Shown here one piece after another: positions 62,405 to 64,000 of a stretch of DNA of 64,000 nt. The translations under genes were made by a program, and so were the position numbers. The DNA is taken from the NCBI GenBank assembly GCA_037201505.1, contig JBBCHO010000005.1, positions 65,048-129,047 of the forward strand. Direction: 5' to 3'. Positions within the stretch are counted from its first letter, which is position 1. Every line of letters begins with the position of its first letter. The DNA comes from Bradyrhizobium sp. Its GTDB lineage: Bacteria > Pseudomonadota > Alphaproteobacteria > Rhizobiales > Xanthobacteraceae. The notes under the pieces were generated by a model, which was given only the letters and a program-made list of their open reading frames with translations, was not told the DNA's origin and did not search any database.

Positions 62405-63674
62405 GTGACGAACTCAGCATCCGCTGCGGCCGCCCTCGCCACCCCCGAGCCCGTCATTATTCTCTGATTCCGGCAGCCCCGCCCAGGTTTTGGCGGAAGC
62501 CTTCCTGGCGGTCCGGGACGAGACCGAGCGCCGCGCCGCTCCCCTGACCCCCGAAGACCAGCAAATCCAGTCAATGCCGGATGCGAGCCCGGCCAAATGG
62601 CACCGGGCCCATACCACCTGGTTCTTCGAGCAATTCCTGCTTGGCGAGCATGCCAAGAGCTACAAGCCTTTCCATCCCGACTATGCCTTCCTATTCAATT
62701 CCTACTATGTCAGCGCCGGGCCCCGGCACGCCCGCCACCAGCGCGGCCATCTGACCCGGCCCAGCGCCGATGAGGTCACCGCCTATCGCCGGCATGTCGA
62801 CGCCGCCGTGGTGAAGTTCTTTCATGAGGCTGGCGCGGATACGCTGGCGGCGATCGCGCCGCTGGTGGAAGTCGGTCTCAATCACGAGCAGCAGCATCAG
62901 GAATTGATGCTGACCGATATCCTGCACGCGTTCGCGCAAAACCCGATTCCGCCGGCCTATGATTCGCAATGGACATTTCCGGCTGCAACCCCCGCCGCTG
63001 CGCGCCCGGACGAAGACTGGGTGAAGCTGACCGAGGGCATCCACAGCATCGGGCATGCCGAGGATACATTCCACTTCGACAATGAAAAACCCGCCCACCG
63101 CGCACTGGTCGGTCCGGTGCGGCTGGCGCGTGACCTTGTCACCAATGCGCAGTGGCTCGCCTTCATGGCGGACGGCGGCTACACGACGCCGACGCTGTGG
63201 CTGATGGACGGTTTTGCCGCCGCCACCAACGAGGGCTGGCAGGCCCCCGGCCACTGGCGGCAGATCGACGGCGAATGGCACATCATGACGCTCGGCGGAT
63301 TGCAGCCGGTCGATCCCACCGCACCCGTCTCCCATGTCAGCTATTACGAGGCCGACGCGTTTGCGCGCTGGCACGGCAAGCATCTGCCGACCGAAATGGA
63401 ATGGGAAGTCGCCGCCCGCGCCGGCCAGCTCAACGATGCCTTCGGGATCGTGTGGCAGTGGACGCGCAGCGCCTACGCGGCCTATCCCGGCTACCGGGCG
63501 ATCGAAGGCGCGCTCGGCGAATACAACGGCAAATTCATGGTCAACCAGCTGGTGCTGCGCGGTTCATCGCTTGCCACCCCCAGCGGGCACAGCCGTATCA
63601 CCTATCGAAACTTCTTCTACCCGCACCACCGCTGGCAATTCACGGGACTGCGTCTTGCCGACTATGCCGGTTGA
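62405..63674 (+). CDS. egtB: Ergothioneine biosynthesis sulfoxide synthase (5' frameshift ~62450)
   Basis: QSMPDASP.KWH.AHTTWFFE, FNSYY, HEQQHQEL, EYNGKFM, YRNFF...RWQF.G.RL; GTG 62405 after GGAGA. Confidence 0.95.
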
Positions 63675-63722
63675 TATTTTGCGAATTCAAACCGCGCCAA
63701 AGAGCGCGTTCGGGAGATTGTC

Positions 63723-64000
63723 ATGAGTATGCATGCTGCCACGCTGGCGAAAGCGCATCCCCTCGACGAAGAAACTTCAACCTTTGGCCGCGATGTGATC
63801 GGCGATCTGTCGCAGCATCCCAAACGGCTGTCGCCGAAATATTTCTATGACGCCACGGGTTCGGAGCTATTCGAACAGATCACCGTGCTGCCGGAATATT
63901 ACCCGACCCGCACCGAGCTCACGATCCTGCGCGACCGCGGCCGCGCGATCTCGGCCATCATCCCCAAGAAAGCCGCGCTGGTGGAATTCGGCGCCGGCGC
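63723..64000 (+). CDS. egtD: L-histidine N-alpha-methyltransferase (partial, runs off the right edge)
   Basis: Hand translation PKRLSPKYFYDATGSELFEQITVLPEYYPTRTE...LVEFGAG. Confidence 0.95.
   Translation, partial: MSMHAATLAKAHPLDEETSTFGRDVIGDLSQHPKRLSPKYFYDATGSELFEQITVLPEYYPTRTELTILRDRGRAISAIIPKKAALVEFGAG

Noticed and set aside
62405-64000. Selenoneine (senA) cluster
   Set aside because: The gene is followed by egtD with no senB or selD in view, which fits standard egtBD.

Overview
High-GC alphaproteobacterial chromosome segment, very probably Bradyrhizobium (Nitrobacteraceae), judged from protein sequences, gene order and intergenic repeats. Positions 1-~9.3 kb are accessory and visibly more AT-rich. 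They hold an unannotated >428-aa ORF running off the left edge, a LysR-controlled hydroxyquinol-dioxygenase/SDR/VOC/TctCBA/Dabb cluster bracketed by ~45-bp-period palindromic units, and a ~470-nt highly structured non-coding element. Positions 9.4-31.5 kb hold oxidoreductases, ABC parts, a MASE4 kinase, a redoxin-2OG-Fe(II) oxygenase with a perfect CtrA box, an adenylate cyclase and a coxG-S-M-D-E-xdhC-mocA cluster with no large subunit. Nearly all genes there carry single-base frameshifts, probably sequencing error. The rest is mostly intact core: pcaBDC, livHMGFK, a hybrid kinase, rpe, purB, murI, flagellin, rpsD, ltaE, grxD and egtBD. Strongest leads: the structured element at 8.83-9.30 kb, the palindromic units bracketing the catabolic cluster, a 3-kb insert bounded by a duplicated gene 3' end, a head-to-head two-gene deletion junction at ~20,633, and a 33-aa ORF under a TetR-like operator. 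I found no tRNA, rRNA, CRISPR array, integrase or transposase.
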